From positions 6,796,939 to 6,860,938 of the forward strand of contig MU058423.1 in assembly GCA_013265495.1 (NCBI GenBank): 64,000 bases of DNA, written 5' to 3'. The notes beneath the pieces are model-generated. The model was not told the origin of the DNA, made no database searches, and saw only the letters and a list, made by a program, of their open reading frames with translations. Below, piece by piece: positions 22,811 to 37,401 of this stretch. Positions within the stretch are counted from its first letter, which is position 1; each line of letters opens with the position of its first letter. This DNA comes from Vicugna vicugna. Its lineage: Eukaryota. The position numbers and the translations under genes were made by a program.

Positions 22811-25756
22811 GGTATTGTATCCACATTCTAGAAAAACAGAAGGATAAACTATCTCTTAGTTGTGTGGAAAACAAAATAGTTAATGAAACTGAATTTCACT
22901 TTTGTATGTACTAAGGACTCTAATAAAACAAAATACTTGTGGTTTCAAAATACTCTGTCCATTTTTATGTCTTGTACCATTTCACATTTTTCCTTTGTTT
23001 TCTCAGAGAAACTTACTTGTGCTTCAAGACACAGTTCTAAATATTGAGCACAAATAGTATTTAGCAAATAAATGTTTTGATCAATTGCATTATTGAGATA
23101 AAATTGTTAAAAATATGATCATAATTGTCCATAAAGATCAATAATTGGCATCTGTATAGATGAAACATTTGCAGGTGGTTATTAACACAGGATCTTTGGG
23201 AGGTTTAAAAAAAAGTGACTGTAGTGGGATAGGGAAAGACATGGGCCCACTGGATGTAATTAACTCTAAATTTTTAAACCTAGCATATCTGGATTATTAA
23301 TTTGCTTTGCTAAGGGTTGATTACTCACTTGGTCAGAATGGGTAAAGAAAAACAGAAAATGATAAATAAAATTAAGTTAAATTTAGGAAAAATCCGTAGC
23401 CTAAAGCTTTCATTTCCTTTTGAAAAATAAATAATTTAAGCCCACTCATGAAACACCTACATATATTTAAATAAGAGTTCCTTTTTAATGTGACTTCAAT
23501 CTTAAAATCATTTAATAACACATACTGACTTTATCCAGCCTTTTATAAAAAAAATTGTTAGAACTTGTGGAATTATTGTACTATTGCAGATGGCATTCCT
23601 CCCTTTTCTGCAAAAATTCCAAAATATTGACAACAAATGAATTTTTACAAGCAAGAAAACCTGACCCAGTTTTAAGAGTCTCAAAACCATATATTCAAAT
23701 GAATGAATTATGAATTCAGCTGTCAGTTCAACTCTCTCAATTGCTGCTTTTAGTTTGTCTGGGAGTGTGCTAACTGTGGTGTTTATTTTCAGATGAAGGG
23801 CAAGCTAAATATTCAAACTACTATCATTTCCCAGAAAAAATGAATATGAAATGGTGAATAATGAGTAAGAGTCTAAATGCAGTAAACCTTAGGACAGAAA
23901 CATTTACTCTCCACAAATAAAGACGATAAATGTGGTAGAGTATGTATATATGGAACAACAGTTCTTTCAAAGTTTTCACAGGTCCCTCTCTCTACTTCCA
24001 TGAATAGTTCCATTCATTTCAGTGTGACCTGCTTGTGTGTGTGCGTGTGTGTGTGAGTTCTGGAAAGCTAGGTTGCTCTACCCAAGTCCAGCTGCATGTA
24101 GCAAATGTTTGGAGATGTCTAAATTTGTATAATTCCATTCAGTACTTTGTAATGAAATTATTTAGCCCAATGTGTGAAAACAGGAATAAAGGGAGAAAAA
24201 AAAGAGCAAATAAATTATGATAGAATTTCTATTCAAAGTAAAATATAAAGTGGCAAGTTAGAGACATATTAAGATTAGTGTTTTATTCTCATTCTAATGG
24301 AAAACGTGAAGTATCATAATTTAACACTTCAGACAAGAAAGGTCTGTTGGAAAGTGAACAGATAAATCAGATATTTCTCAGCTCAGATGTTCTATCATGA
24401 AACTAAAATTCTTGTTTGAGGAGCCTGATTTGTTTCTTTTTACAATGGATGCATTAGACATCATATTAAGTTTTCAAATTATATGATTATATAAAAGAGC
24501 ATATTAATGAAGATCAACAAAAATAGATTAGATAAATTGCGTGGTTTTGTATAAATATTTTTAGCTATTTGAAATTTTATTTTGTTAGATTTACATGACA
24601 AAAATAATATTAAAAACTAAAATCTATAAGCAAGAATTTTCTTTTAATTAAGTATCAGAATTTTGAAGCTTAAATGATAGAACTAAGGGTCAAGTCCCCA
24701 AAGTTCTAATCATAACAGCTACTTATTAATGTGGTTGTCTTCGATGAGGCATTTCTCATAGTTAGAACTAAACTTACTTGTAAATTGAAGTTATTGGCCC
24801 ATATTACTTAAAAATCTTTTCTTCTTTGCTATGTTATTTACCATGATTTATTTCTAATCATTGTAAGATAAATATTCAAAAATTGTTAGAATTTATACTT
24901 TCACAAGGTCAAAGTTTCAAATATTTAATTCATTTAAATTATGTGTACAGTATTTTAACCAGATTTTTTTCCACGAAATCTGAGAGATGATTCTGTTCTT
25001 CCAGATGTCCCAAATTATTTGATGGAGGTCCTGTTTCATGCTTATCTTAGATGCTAGTTTAAGGAGACAGAAACTCAAAGTTGAAAGGATAAGGCAAATT
25101 AGGAAATGTATATAGCATTGAAATTGATGCTCTAAAAGATATTCTCTTTGATATTTATACACATCATAATTGTGTCAATATGGCTAGATATGTAGGTGCC
25201 AAATTTTATAGGGAATAACTAGTATAAAACTGTTAGAACTCATTGTAAAGGTAGAGAAACTAGGGTCAGAGTGGATACTTTCAATTTTTTTTGTATTTAA
25301 ACCCACAGTAAGAAATATTTTACATTATGATATAGTTTACATATTTTGTATGTGTATTTATGTTTGTGTGTATGTATGTCTCCCTCTCTATATTTGAAGT
25401 AGCTTTTTTCAATAATTCTAATATGCACTTTTTAAAAACGTATTTTAACAGCACTGAAATCAGGATATCCTTTGCAGGATAGGTCATGCAGCAATTGTGA
25501 CATTGTTATCATTGCCAAATAATGAGTATCAAAACTTGCTAATTGTGTATCAGTGGCTTGGAGAAGCATCCTAGAGATAATAATGGAGGGTCCTTTACAT
25601 AATGTTACATCAACAGTGGTCTTAAAAGCATAGAAGATGTGCGTGTGGGGAAATAGAGACATCCATTACTCTCAGTTAAAAACTAATTCAAAAGATTAGG
25701 AGTTTGCAATCAAATGCAGTAAATCTTAGAACATTAAGACAATACAATCAATGTTT

Positions 25757-26090
25757 CAATGTGGCTGTCTAATAAGGTAGTCAGTAGCCACATTTGTGGC
25801 TATTGAACTCTTGAAATGTGGCTAACATGAATTAAGGTGTGCTGTAAGTGTAAAATATGAACTAGATTTCAAAACTGTATTATTTTCAAAACTAGTATTT
25901 TAACATAGCATTAGATTAAAAATGTAAAATATTTCATTAATCTTAAAACAATTTCATATTGAAATGATAATGTATTTGCATTACATACAATATATATTAA
26001 ATTAATTCCAGTTGCATTTAATTGTTTCAATGTGGCTACTATAATTTTTAAAATTATATAGCTGGCATTACATTGCTTTGTATGGTGCTG
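25757..26090. mobile_element. MER33 hAT-Charlie MITE
   Basis: ctgtctaataaggtagtcagtagcc...tgtggctattgaactcttgaaatgtggcta...gtgtgctgtaagtgtaaaata...aatgtggctact...aaaattatata...ggtgctg. Confidence 0.85.
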
Positions 26091-28929
26091 ACTTAGATGT
26101 TTGGATCACAACAGTCAAAGGGACTCATGAACTATATGTGCCTTTCAATGTCTGGTCCTTCCCTGAGTTAACAACTATAGGTGAGACTTTGCTTTTTGTG
26201 GGGAAAAGAACAGGAAAAATATAGATTAATTATCTCTAAATAATTATTCCCTCCTACTGTTCACATGTTGGTAGGTATCCAAGGTTAATGTGACAGTTGC
26301 TACACAAAGATCAGGCCTATGCAGAGAGGTGGCATGAAGATAGAATGAGCCTGGAATCTTGGAGGGCAGTGCTCACTTATATTCAAAAGATGATACTGGA
26401 AATTTATGATAAATTTGAGTAGGCAAATAAACAAATAGTAGGGAAATAGATAAATTAAATTGGATAGGCTGTTTAGGTGCTGTGATCTATTTAGTCCCAT
26501 CTTACTCAATTGTTTAGAAATAGTTTCCCATATTAGTACTTAAAGAAGTATTGATAAATGAGAAATTCCTGCAAAATAATTTTTTTCCATATGGGGCTAA
26601 AGTATTAAATTTTAGAACATATTTCAGAACATAGAAGGAAATAGACTCCAGAAAAAAAGTGATAGATAATTCCTTCAGAGGAAGAGTACACTGTATGTTT
26701 CAGGAAAATAGTACCTTCAAAAATGATGCCCTACAATTATTCCTGAAGGTTTGTATATCTTAACATATGTCTAGCCAATGGCAAGAAACTCAAATTGTAC
26801 AGAACAGACCCATAGTTAAGATAAATGAACTTAAAGGGACTTCGTTGCTAATTTTTTGTTTGTCATAATCATGGAATATAATGAAACTATGTAGAAAGCA
26901 CCAACAGAGTTTAGGAGAAACAGCTCCACCAATTTCCCGCTCTTTTCTGCAAAATCAGTAGCCTGTTCCATGAAAATTTAAATATTATGTCTAATTTTAA
27001 TAATTATTTAAATTATTGTAACACTGTTTTTTCTAGTGTTCCTGGAAGTTCTTAAAAACAAATTAAATTAGTGGAATTGTTGCATTCATGAGTGGAATCA
27101 TTTACACCACACTGTCTTTGTTTATTTTACATCTATTCCATTAAAGTCTCCTTCACAGAAAGTGCAAAGCCTTCTCTCTTCCTTTCCACTGAAATAGCAA
27201 AGTCTTCTTCTCTCCTTAGACTTGTTGACTTCTCTGAATCAGATAAATATGTAACACATCCAGAGGAGAAGAGAGTACTTGGCCAAAATGAAAAACTGTT
27301 CAAATATTAATTTCATGTGTAATGAGCATTGGCATACCTTTTGCTATCTTTAATTCCCTTGGCAAGTTATTTAAATATTTCCTCTAAAAAGAAAGCATTT
27401 GGCTTTATGATTCTATTAAATGTAAAATTACATGCACACTCCAGAAAAAGAAATGTACTTTCAAAAGTTCAGCAAGTCTAAAAAATAATAGAAACACTTT
27501 GATATTTCCTACAGTGTACGTACATTCCATTTATTAGAATGATGAAAAATCAAAGCACAGTAATTATTTCCTGAAATAAAGCATACTTTTAAAATATGAA
27601 AAGCCACATAACTTATGATAGAATCTAGAATTTACATATCACCTATAATTTGTATTACTTAATAAAATATTGTTCCTCATATTTGCCTTTTGCAAGACAG
27701 AATTCTCATCTTATATATGAAAAGCTAGAAACTAGATAAGAGCTCATCCCAAATTATACAGTGGCTTATGGCAAAATCAGGAATATAATATACTACTCTA
27801 CTTTTGTGTTGAAATGATACTTTGTCTTCCTGTAACTTCCAAAATAACACTCAATAAAATAAGTAATCAGCTTTAATTAAATAGTCATTTAATGGAATGT
27901 GATAAGCTAGTTACTGGATAACTAACACTCTGAGCATAAAAATTCTATGGCTATTAGAAAATATGGAATCTGCAAAAGATAGCCTCTTAACAGTGACATA
28001 AATCTATCCTAATAAAATTGTGGCCTATCAGGATTAAGTTGTAAATGGGCATCTGAGCTTCTGAAAATGAAATGAGTCATTTGTTAATTTTATGAACTGT
28101 TTAAAATTCTAGGGCCATTTCCAAAATATCTGAGTATCAAATTATGAAAAAGTTTTAATTTCAAGCAAGATAAGCAATATAAAATTATTTTTACAGCTAA
28201 CAACTATGAATTCCTTTTTAAAAATTCACTAAGGGCATTTATATAACTGTTGATAAAGGCAATGCCAGGGCTCTTCTCAAAGATCTCGATTTCTCAAAAT
28301 GTACAGTGATGAGTAATCTCTTCAACTCCCATTTTATTTTTCCCGATCTATTATGGGCCAGTTTTCCCACAAAAGAAAATGAAAAAAGCAATTCTAGTTT
28401 TTCTCTGATCAGAATTAGAATTAGACACTGCGTTAGGAAACCTGCGATATGTCTTAGTTCATTTCTGTGTCACAGCAAAGCTCTGAACTTAAAGGAGAAA
28501 AAGTAGGTCAAGGAGATTAGCACACTTTCTGGTGCATAGTCACATGCTTAATAAACACTTATTTCTTTCCTTGTTGCTTCATTCAATATCCTAAAATTAA
28601 TAAGAATTTACTATACCAAGTCATATGTTAGGCTTTAAGAATTGAAGATGATATGGTATAAACTCTAATATATCAAAGATCTTTTTCTTTCTTCAATTAT
28701 ATTCTCAAAGGCCAGGAAAGTACCTGGTATATGGTAGGAGCTCAATAGTAATGCATTTAATGAATAAGGGAAGGAATAAATAAATGTATATAGGAGATAT
28801 GGAAGAACCTTTGCAATAAGGCTACCATATTAAATGAGATGATCTGCTTAAAATGCTTGGAAGAGTGCCTGCAACATAGTATAAACACTTTATAATTGCT
28901 AACAATTATGATTATTCTTACTTTTATTC

Positions 28930-29390
28930 TCCTAGATGAATGATCCTTCTTCACATTTTCCTCTGAGTACCTTCTATCTACTGATAGCTTCAGTTTACTC
29001 ACAGTTTCTTTCCTGGCCTGTCATAACCCCGCTTGCCTCCTAAATCTGTGTGCATCCTTGCAGCCCTCCTGAGTGTTTATGTTTACCCATTTATATTTTC
29101 CAATTCAAATTCCTGAAGCAAGTCTATTACCAGCGAGGCTTTTTGGCCAAACCTCTCTATTCCAGGCCATCTCAAGACTGATGCCCATCCTTACCTAACC
29201 AACAAAATTCAGGAGTGGTGTGAGTGGTGTGATATAGAGTATTCTGCCTCTATTCTTGGTTGTGATTTCCTCTATGTCAGTTACAGTCTTATGGCAGGCG
29301 TGTGACAGCAGAAATATTCCCAGAAATCTCTGAGTTTATATGATCCTCATAGCCCAGAAGAACTCACAGCTAACAGTACTAGTGAAAGAA
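28930..29390. mobile_element. Old LTR relic (ERVL/MaLR class, family uncertain)
   Basis: GC-richer block with ttcaaattcctgaag...tgcccatccttacctaaccaac motifs reminiscent of LTR33/MLT1K-type LTRs. Confidence 0.35.
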
Positions 29391-29809
29391 AGCCTTTTTT
29401 TTCTCATACTTCCAGTTGAAATGTCAGGGAGAGTTTGACTGAATAGCCTTGAGTCACTGACCATTCCTGAATCAATGAGTAATTGAGGCTTGGGTAGGGG
29501 AGAGGGTGGAGTACCCTGATTAGAAAGACCTGGATCTTGTACTCAGTGCTTGAGTCAGCAGATTGGATCAGATCGACTTGAATCACATAGACTGAGTTGG
29601 AGTAAGAGCTGTCCTTCAGAGAGCAACTGGCAAGATTAATATTGGACCTAGTAAATTTCATGTAGAAAAACATAGTCTTTTTAGAGAAATGTTGTTTGTC
29701 ACACTTTAAAACATAATCTTACTGACGCTTGGTTTACTGGTCTTTGATATAGTTTACAAAATAATTCCTCAATTATTTATCATACCAAACAACCTTCCTG
29801 AGGTAATTT

Positions 29810-31300
29810 AAATTCAACAAACTTTCAGCAAAAATCTCCTAAATGACCGCAACTCTAATACTTACGGTGTGAAGGATACAAAAGTGAGTAGCGTATAAGC
29901 CCAGACTTCAAGTAGTATACCAAGAGGAATATAGAATAATAAGATAAATTTAATACAGTGTGATGAATCCAGTTATGGAGGTTCATTTATATTTGGGGAG
30001 AGGGCAGTGCCATGCAGTACACAGAACAGATACAGAGACAGATCTAGAGAGGTCTGTAGGTGGGGGCACTGAAATGAGGTCCAAGGGCTCAAGAAAAAAT
30101 AATTCCTGTGATTTAAGGACGTAAACAGGACCCAGTGATGCATCCTGTACAAAAGAAACTGTACTTTTTTTATATACATCATTAGACTATTTTTAAAGGG
30201 TTTTCACAGGGCAGTATAACTTCTTTAATTCACTTGAACTGAAAACCAATTACGATGTTTAAGGAAATTAGTTTCTTAGGGTTTGTTAGGAAATCTTGAA
30301 AGTTTTATCATATTAAAAATGATATATATCAATTATAGACTATTAGACTCTTCAGTGTTACATGAACTTGCGGTGTGATAAAAGAGAGAGAAAAACACGA
30401 CATACAGGGAGAGGGTTCAAGGTGGTGGCACAGGAAGATCCTGAACTCACCTCCAATTGACACAACAAATTCACAAATGCATACAGAATAATTCCCTTGT
30501 AAAGGCACCTGAATGCTGGATGAACAGAGCCCCACAACAGAGGGTAAAAGGACAGCATTAAGACAAGTAAGAGAGGCAGAGATATGGTCTTGCCAAGGAG
30601 GAAAAACACACCCTAGCCACAGTCATCCACAATCGGGAGAGATCACAAAAGTATGAATCTTTTCCCCGAAGAGCAAGGAATTTGAGCTCCACATCGGGTA
30701 TCTCAATCTCCAGATCTGCACGGGGGAGGCAAGACTCCAAAACACCTGTTTTTGAAAATCAGTGGGGGATATATCTAGGAAAACTATGGAATTACAGGGA
30801 ATAGAAAACTCGTTCTTCAAGGGCCCAGGTACAAACTCACTGCACCCAAAAACAAATACAAATAACCATACTGAGAAATGCATGGATCTAGAGAGTGTTG
30901 TTTCGGAGGGGAGAGGGAAGAGAGTGTATTGAGCAGTTTGACTAGAGTGGGAAATTGTTTTAGGTAAGCAGACAGATGAGTCTTCTCTCAGGATATTGAA
31001 TTTGGATTTATTCTCTGGATATTGGGGACTAATTGAAGGAAGGACTCTACAACTATATAAATTGCAGATTTCAGAGGATTAATTTACTGGTGTTGTATAG
31101 AATGCACTGAAGAGAAGGAAAACTTGAGGTAGGAAGACTCCTTAAAATAGTAAATAAATCCTGAAGGGATGTGAAAGGAGGAATCTCCCAGGGACTTCAG
31201 TAGTCAGCTGGAAGTTAAGGGAGATGAGAATAAAGTCACGGAAGACCCCAAATTCCAGATACTAGTTCCTTGAGAAATCATGCTATGATTAGTTAAAAAT
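29810..31300 (-). mobile_element. L2 fragments flanking an L1 5' fragment
   Basis: ttcaacaaac...gatacaaaagtgagtag...aatacagtgtgatg; ggatattgaatttggattttattct...ggggactaattgaagg...aaacttgaggtaggaagac. Confidence 0.5.
30407..30889 (+). mobile_element. Isolated L1 5' UTR (promoter end), laurasiatherian L1M-type
   Basis: Starts gggagagggttcaaggtggtggcacaggaagatcctgaactcacctcc, a CpG-decayed form of the caagatggcgg L1 start; continues tttgagctccacatcggg...ccaaaacacctgtttttgaaaatcagtgggg. Confidence 0.7.
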
Positions 31301-32214
31301 AAAGAACAAAAAGGCTTTGAGATGCTGTGCCTTTGACCTCTGTTTGAAAACTTTTTTTAAGCCACACACTGAGCAGCTTCCATAGTATGCTTTATATATT
31401 TACAGACTACTGCACACTGTTGTGACAATTCACTTTGAAGTTACTCTCAGTGGTATATGGGTTGATGAAAGAAAGTCCTGTAATCTTTCTGAGCAGGTCT
31501 GGGATATGGTAAAGCAGAAAGGAATCATGGGGACTAGGCCTGACCAGGTCTTCAAAAGATCTTTTCTCTCCCTGTTAAAAAGTGTTCATTCTTAGTTACC
31601 ACCCTCTTAGAAAAAACTGTGACCCTCTGGAGTTTTATTTGGAACAACATGAATGGTTTTACTTTCAATAGTCACAAGGCAAATGACAGGTTATATTTAA
31701 TTTTTTATATATCTTTATTTACATAGACTCTAGTGATATCCCTGCTTGCTGTATAATTTGATTTATTTTGGGACCTCAGAAAGAATCCATTGAAGTTGCA
31801 CATGGCAACTGCCTACTTGGGCAGCAGAACATGTAGCACAGAACAGAATAGTAAATAAAATTCAGTTAAAAAAATCACAGAGTACTTTAAAAGTGAATTG
31901 TGAGCCTTTTTATAAAAGTACACTTTATCCCAAAACAAAAATATTAGCTGAAGAATAAGCAAGTCAGTGTTGGAGAATATGTTACCCTTAGTTTGCATAA
32001 AAGAACTACGAAACATGCAGTGGATGTCTCAGCCTTCTCAAAACGTGCAATATAAATTTCTCAAATCCGATGATGGATACAGAAACATATGAACATGAGT
32101 TGAATCTTACAGATTATTTTAAAATGTAACCTTAGAACTTAGAAATAGAATATAGCCTTTTGTTTTGCTTTGTTAACTCAATATTTTAAATAATAATGTT
32201 TTCTTCTAATGTTA

Positions 32215-32690
32215 GTTCTGTGGCATAAAATGTATTACATAGAACAGACCTGAGTTCACATTCTGGTTCTGCCACCTACACATCATGTCTAAGCCTCAGG
32301 TTGCTCATCTAGAATGCTCCTCTGAAGAATGAAGATAATGATAGCAGTGAGGATGCCTATTTAATACAGCAGTCAAAGCTGGGATTCTGCGTCCTGAATT
32401 CTGATCCTGATACTACACTCTAGCTGTGAGACCATAGAGAAGTTCCTTAACCTGTCTGTGCTAGTTTCTTCAACTGTAGAGTGAAAGTGATAATTAGTAC
32501 CTGCTTCATAGAGTTGTGAAGCTTAATGCCTGAGTGGGTGTAAAAAGCTCCTCGATGAGGGTTTAGGAAATAGTAAGGGCTGTGTGTGTTTCTGTTACTC
32601 CTATCTGTGGCTGTTTCTGTGAGAGTTATGTAATAAATGTAAATGCCATAGGCAGTGCCTGGAATATTCTACGTACCTAAAAATGAATAT
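32215..32690 (+). mobile_element. Two MIR copies
   Basis: acagacctgagttcacattctggttctgccac...aagcctcaggttgctcatct; tagctgtgagaccatagagaagttccttaacctgtctgtgctagtttcttcaactgtaga...tagtacctgcttcatagagttgtg. Confidence 0.75.
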
Positions 32691-33159
32691 TTTTAAAAAA
32701 TAAAAGTAAATGTATGTAATAATTTATTAAGGAAAAATTGTTGTCATGACTAATTAAAACAAATCATCAATTATTTTACTTTAAATGACTTATATTATTT
32801 CCATAGACAATATTCTTCAGTTTTAATAATGACTAAAGACTGCTCCGTATTGTTTTCCTAAAGAGAAGCTAATAAAAAATGAACCTATACTTAATGATAT
32901 ATGATAAGATTCATGACATCTCCATGACTATTTTGTGCTTTTACAAGCAGTTTTAAAAGAGGAGTATTTTCTTCCAGAGCTGTGATTGAAAAGAACTTTC
33001 AGATAAAATATCCAAATGAAAACAATTAAATCCTCGGTTTTATTTTATCTTTCTTAACCAGGTTACATGTAGTTGTAATATAAGTAATTTAAACCAATGA
33101 TAATAATAAAAATGACAGCAGTGTAGTAATATTTCTTTAAAAATAGAGAATCAAATTTC

Positions 33160-35250
33160 AATTTAATTCAACACAACCATGAAGTGACTAATACGTATTT
33201 AAATGCTTTGTTAGTTAATACAGGGATGCAAAATAAGTTACACAGCCTCAAGATTTAAGCGGCTTAGAATGAGATGAATATACAAAAGAATATGAGGTGA
33301 GATAAAGTAAATTCAGTAAAAGAGTTCAGAGGGCATCACAGGAGGAAGAGGTTCCATATGGTTGAGGATGGGAGGAAAAAATTAAACAGCATGAGACAAG
33401 ATTTGCAGGATTGCTAGAATTTGGACAGATGGAGATGGAGAGGAATGATTTTATGGTAGAGATTGAGGGCATCTTTGGGTAGAGCAAATAATCTAATGTG
33501 CTTGGATAATATGGTAGATTTTCTTTGAAGCTGTGGTAGATAAGGTTGGAAACGTAAATTGACCGTTTTAAAGTCTAATAGCAAGATAGAGCATTTATTG
33601 TCAGTTTGGTAGATATTTTCTTTTTCCTTCTTATCCTTTAAAACTCTTTAGAACCCTAACTATGATCCCCACAAGCTTTGAAATCGCTCCTGCACTCTTT
33701 TAATTAAATTTTTATTTTAATTACAGTAATATACTTGAATAGTTAAATAAGTCAAATTGCAGCTAAAGGCTTATAATGAAAATAGTAGTCTCTGCTCGAT
33801 CCACAGCCCAACCCCAAATCCCTCTTGACAAAACTTTTAAGTTATTGAGACTAGACCTTCTGATTTTATATATATGTATGCTGTAATTACATATTATATT
33901 GCTATTTTTAAGTTAATTTAAAAATTTTTGACTTTATCTACAGATTTCTTATTGTGAAGATGAGTATTTAGCTGTCCAGCACATGCTGATAAACTGCCCC
34001 AGGCACTCGTTTCCATTTCTCTCCCCCACCCCACCTTCTCTTTCCTCATCTCTCTCTCTCTTACATCCACACTTACACTCACTTCCTCTCCTCTATCCTC
34101 TCAATATAATTTATTAAATTTTTTGTTTAAGAAAGTATTCAGTATTTACATGCTTATGAATATGTAAATATGATTTAAGCTGAACCACTTAGTGAACCAC
34201 AGTGACATTTCTTTCTCTAAATAGCTTTTGTTTTTCCTAGAATTTGAAATTGCTTCATTATCACATTTGCTTAGGTTTCAATGTAGTAACTACTCATTTT
34301 CCTCCAACGCTGAGAGAATCATAAAACATCAACAAATGGTCACACTAAATAATCAGTGCATCTATCTATGTTACCTACCTATATTTCTTTCCTGCTGCCT
34401 GCCTATCTACCTGTCTGTCTGTCTATCTGTCTGTCTGCCTGCTTATCTGTCTACCTACCTACCTACCTACCTATTTTTCTTTAGTCTGCAATGTCAATGC
34501 TCCTAGAGACCCTAACCCTCCTTATTCTGCACAGATTGATTGCTCTCTAAAACTGTGCCCTCATGTCCTGGGATTTCCCTTCATCATCATTCTGGGAATC
34601 CTATCCATTCGTCACCTGTGATAAAATTGTTTCTTGATTACTTTACTGCTCTTGCCTGCTTTTTCATTCTATTTGCCCTTTCATTAAAATCAACCTTTTA
34701 TTCCTATAAAGGAATTTTAGTGGGCTTTTGTAAGGAAGAGAGATTAAACTCCTGGGTTCTATTCACCATGTTTAACTGAAAGCCTTTCAGTTATAACAGG
34801 TGATCTTCTAGTTCACAGAGAAAAGAGATGATATTTGATTTAAACTTTATCAACTAATTCCTTTCATGTCTTAAGACTTATTTGTATTAGCACCAAGCCT
34901 TCTCTTTCTCCTTCCAAGTTGAAAAATGTCTAATTCCCATTTTGATCCCCTGCCTTCCCAGATCTAGCTACTACCCTAGTGTCCTTCCTTCACAGGGACA
35001 CTCACTGAAAATTTACCACCTTTGCTGGCTCTGTCTCCACAACTCATTCCACAATTCATGTTAATCAAGTTTTCAGCCCTGCCACTTCCCTGAAGTGGTT
35101 TGTATTTGAGGTTACTCATAGCCCCAAATGACACGTTTTAAAACATTTTGTTTTCTTTTTTCCATCCTTAATGTTTTTGATACATTTAAAACTTTTAGTC
35201 TCCCCCTTTAAAGGACTCTCTCCTTGTGTTGCCTCAGCAGCACTCTCATG
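33160..35250. mobile_element. L2 fragments with an intervening antisense L1ME-like 3' UTR (about 33700-34740) and (TCTG/CCTA)n repeat 34360-34475
   Basis: Degenerate L2 minus motifs at 33160-33620; gtgggcttttgtaaggaagagagattaaac...attcaccatgtttaactgaaag L1ME-type end; L2 plus motifs at 34880-35250. Confidence 0.5.
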
Positions 35251-37357
35251 TTTTATCCTGTGGGCAGTTCTACATGGAGATCGTACATTTTCATCAGAAG
35301 TTTATTTAATGTCATTAAATTAAACAAAGCAAAATGGACTGTTTGTTTATTTAGTTAGTAAGTTAGGTGGTTAGTTAGTGAATTTAAGAGTATCAGCAAA
35401 AGCCTTATGCATTCATCTCCTCCATAGATGACCAAAGCCCATGGCAAAACTGCCCCCCAGACAGCTCCATCATTGACAAAGTTTGCTTTCCAGGCTCTCC
35501 TATTCATTGATTCTTTGACGACAAATGCTCTTCTGAGGAATTCGTTTTTTTCTTCTAATATGTCAATAAGGATTTAGATAAGTTAGTAGACTTTCTTTAT
35601 GTGGGTCAACCATTCTGTTTGTGAACCTGCTTTTACTTCTGCTCTTAGGAACTCCGGGATGATTTTAACATTTAACTTTCACAAGACAGTCTTATACCCC
35701 TTGTTCTGCAGGTCTTGGGAGGGATGTCTCAACACCATCTCGATGTGCAATCACACTAAATATTTCTCTGGCTGTGCAGAAACTTTTATTTTGTCTTTTG
35801 TCCTTCCCTCCCTACTTCCTTCACTTTTTCTTTCCTTCCTTCCTTCTCTCCTCCTGAATTCAATGTGCTAGATCCTGTGGTAGGAGCTAGGTTTTGCATT
35901 TCCCTTTTGCAAGTTTTGACCAGAATGATAAATAAGGAAATACTGGGAATAGTTTGTACTTGACTTCTATTATCTAGATCATGAATCTCATTTGTGAGCC
36001 CCCAACAAATTTCTAGGTCATGTTATTGCTTTAAAAAAGTACTCAAAATGTCATCTTTGATGCCTTAACTGGTAGATCTCAGATAAACTGCTAGAAATAG
36101 CTTTTGCCTTGGGAGGGTCTTAAGAGCTTTGACATTTTGAAGTGAGCTGAATTCTGGACTCTTAACCTTTGCTGTATGATAAACTGGTGTCAGCGAGTTC
36201 AAATAAACTACTTAAATGGGATGGCATATTCCCAATAAGTTCCAAAAGTAGCTAAACCCTTGAAGGACTTTGATCCAGTCACCTGTCACGTATTCAAACC
36301 CAGCAGCTCCAAAATTTCTATAGTACAGGAAATGTTTTTGTTGTTGATATTTTTGTTTTGTTATTATTGTTTTTGTTGTTTAATGAACGACTTTCTTTGG
36401 ATGGTGAGAAAACAGAAGGGCCATTGCCCCAATGCCCATTTTTCTCCAAAGCCTAAGTCAGAAAAGACTGACCATATTCTGTTGTCACATTCACTTGTGG
36501 TGGATGAAACTTGTGATGGATTTGACTGCATTTTTTACAACAATACGTTTTAATTCTACTTCTAGAGGACATATGTACATCAAATTAAGGGTATCTCATG
36601 GTATTTACTTTCATCAAAGAAATCCCTTGTCATTTATGATTCTTTATTACCCTTCTGCATATTTGCATTGAGTTTACTGCAGGTTTTATAGAGGTTACTT
36701 GAAAATTGCCCTCACATTTTTTTCATAACTAAAAATCATTTCTCTCTTCTATATAACCTTCAGGCATTTTATATGATTCACCATATTTTGCCATGCAAAA
36801 AGTGGGGCTTGCCTCTTCTAATTATTCTGCTTCTTAGGCTGGAGATTTGTACATTAAATTGTTAGTTACTAAGTATTAAGTCTGGAACAAGATATGACAC
36901 TTCAGATATAGCAAAGGTAAATTATGGCATACAGCACTATTATAAGGTATGCTACTATTTTTGTAGTAACTTTATCCACTCCATAACCACAAATAAGTAT
37001 TTGTCTAGTGTGTGTGTCGTTTTAAGGAAATTATGTTGCAGCTTGTAATTACTTGCACTGACATCCATCTGCTCCAACTTAGACCTTGCACTGCCTCAAA
37101 TGCACTTGAGGCAAGAGGAGGAGGGGAGTGAGTGCCTGGTGTGTTTTCTTTGTGCTGATTAAAGCCATGATGTTTACTTGGGTTCTTTAAGAACAAATTT
37201 GCTTTACTGTGAGATCAATGAGTCTAGTTGTGTTTCCTTGAAAAGTGAAGTACTTATGATGTGGCAATTTAGAGAGAGAAAAGAGGAAAATGTCAGCAAG
37301 CTGTTGGGTTTCCCTCAGAGATGCTTCCATGTGTACAATGACTATTAACTCTGTGTA

Positions 37358-37358
<1 letters not shown>

Positions 37359-37400
<42 letters not shown>
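37359..37400. repeat. (CA)21 microsatellite
   Basis: Perfect dinucleotide run. Confidence 0.98.

Positions 37401-37401
<1 letters not shown>

Noticed and set aside
24958..25055. Minus-strand exon-like open segment (DKHETGPPSNNLGHLEEQNHLSDFVEKNL)
   Set aside because: Poor donor and no homology recognised; compatible with chance.
27092..28506. 72-aa and 66-aa ORFs with partly open antisense frames
   Set aside because: No recognisable domain or convincing splice pairs.
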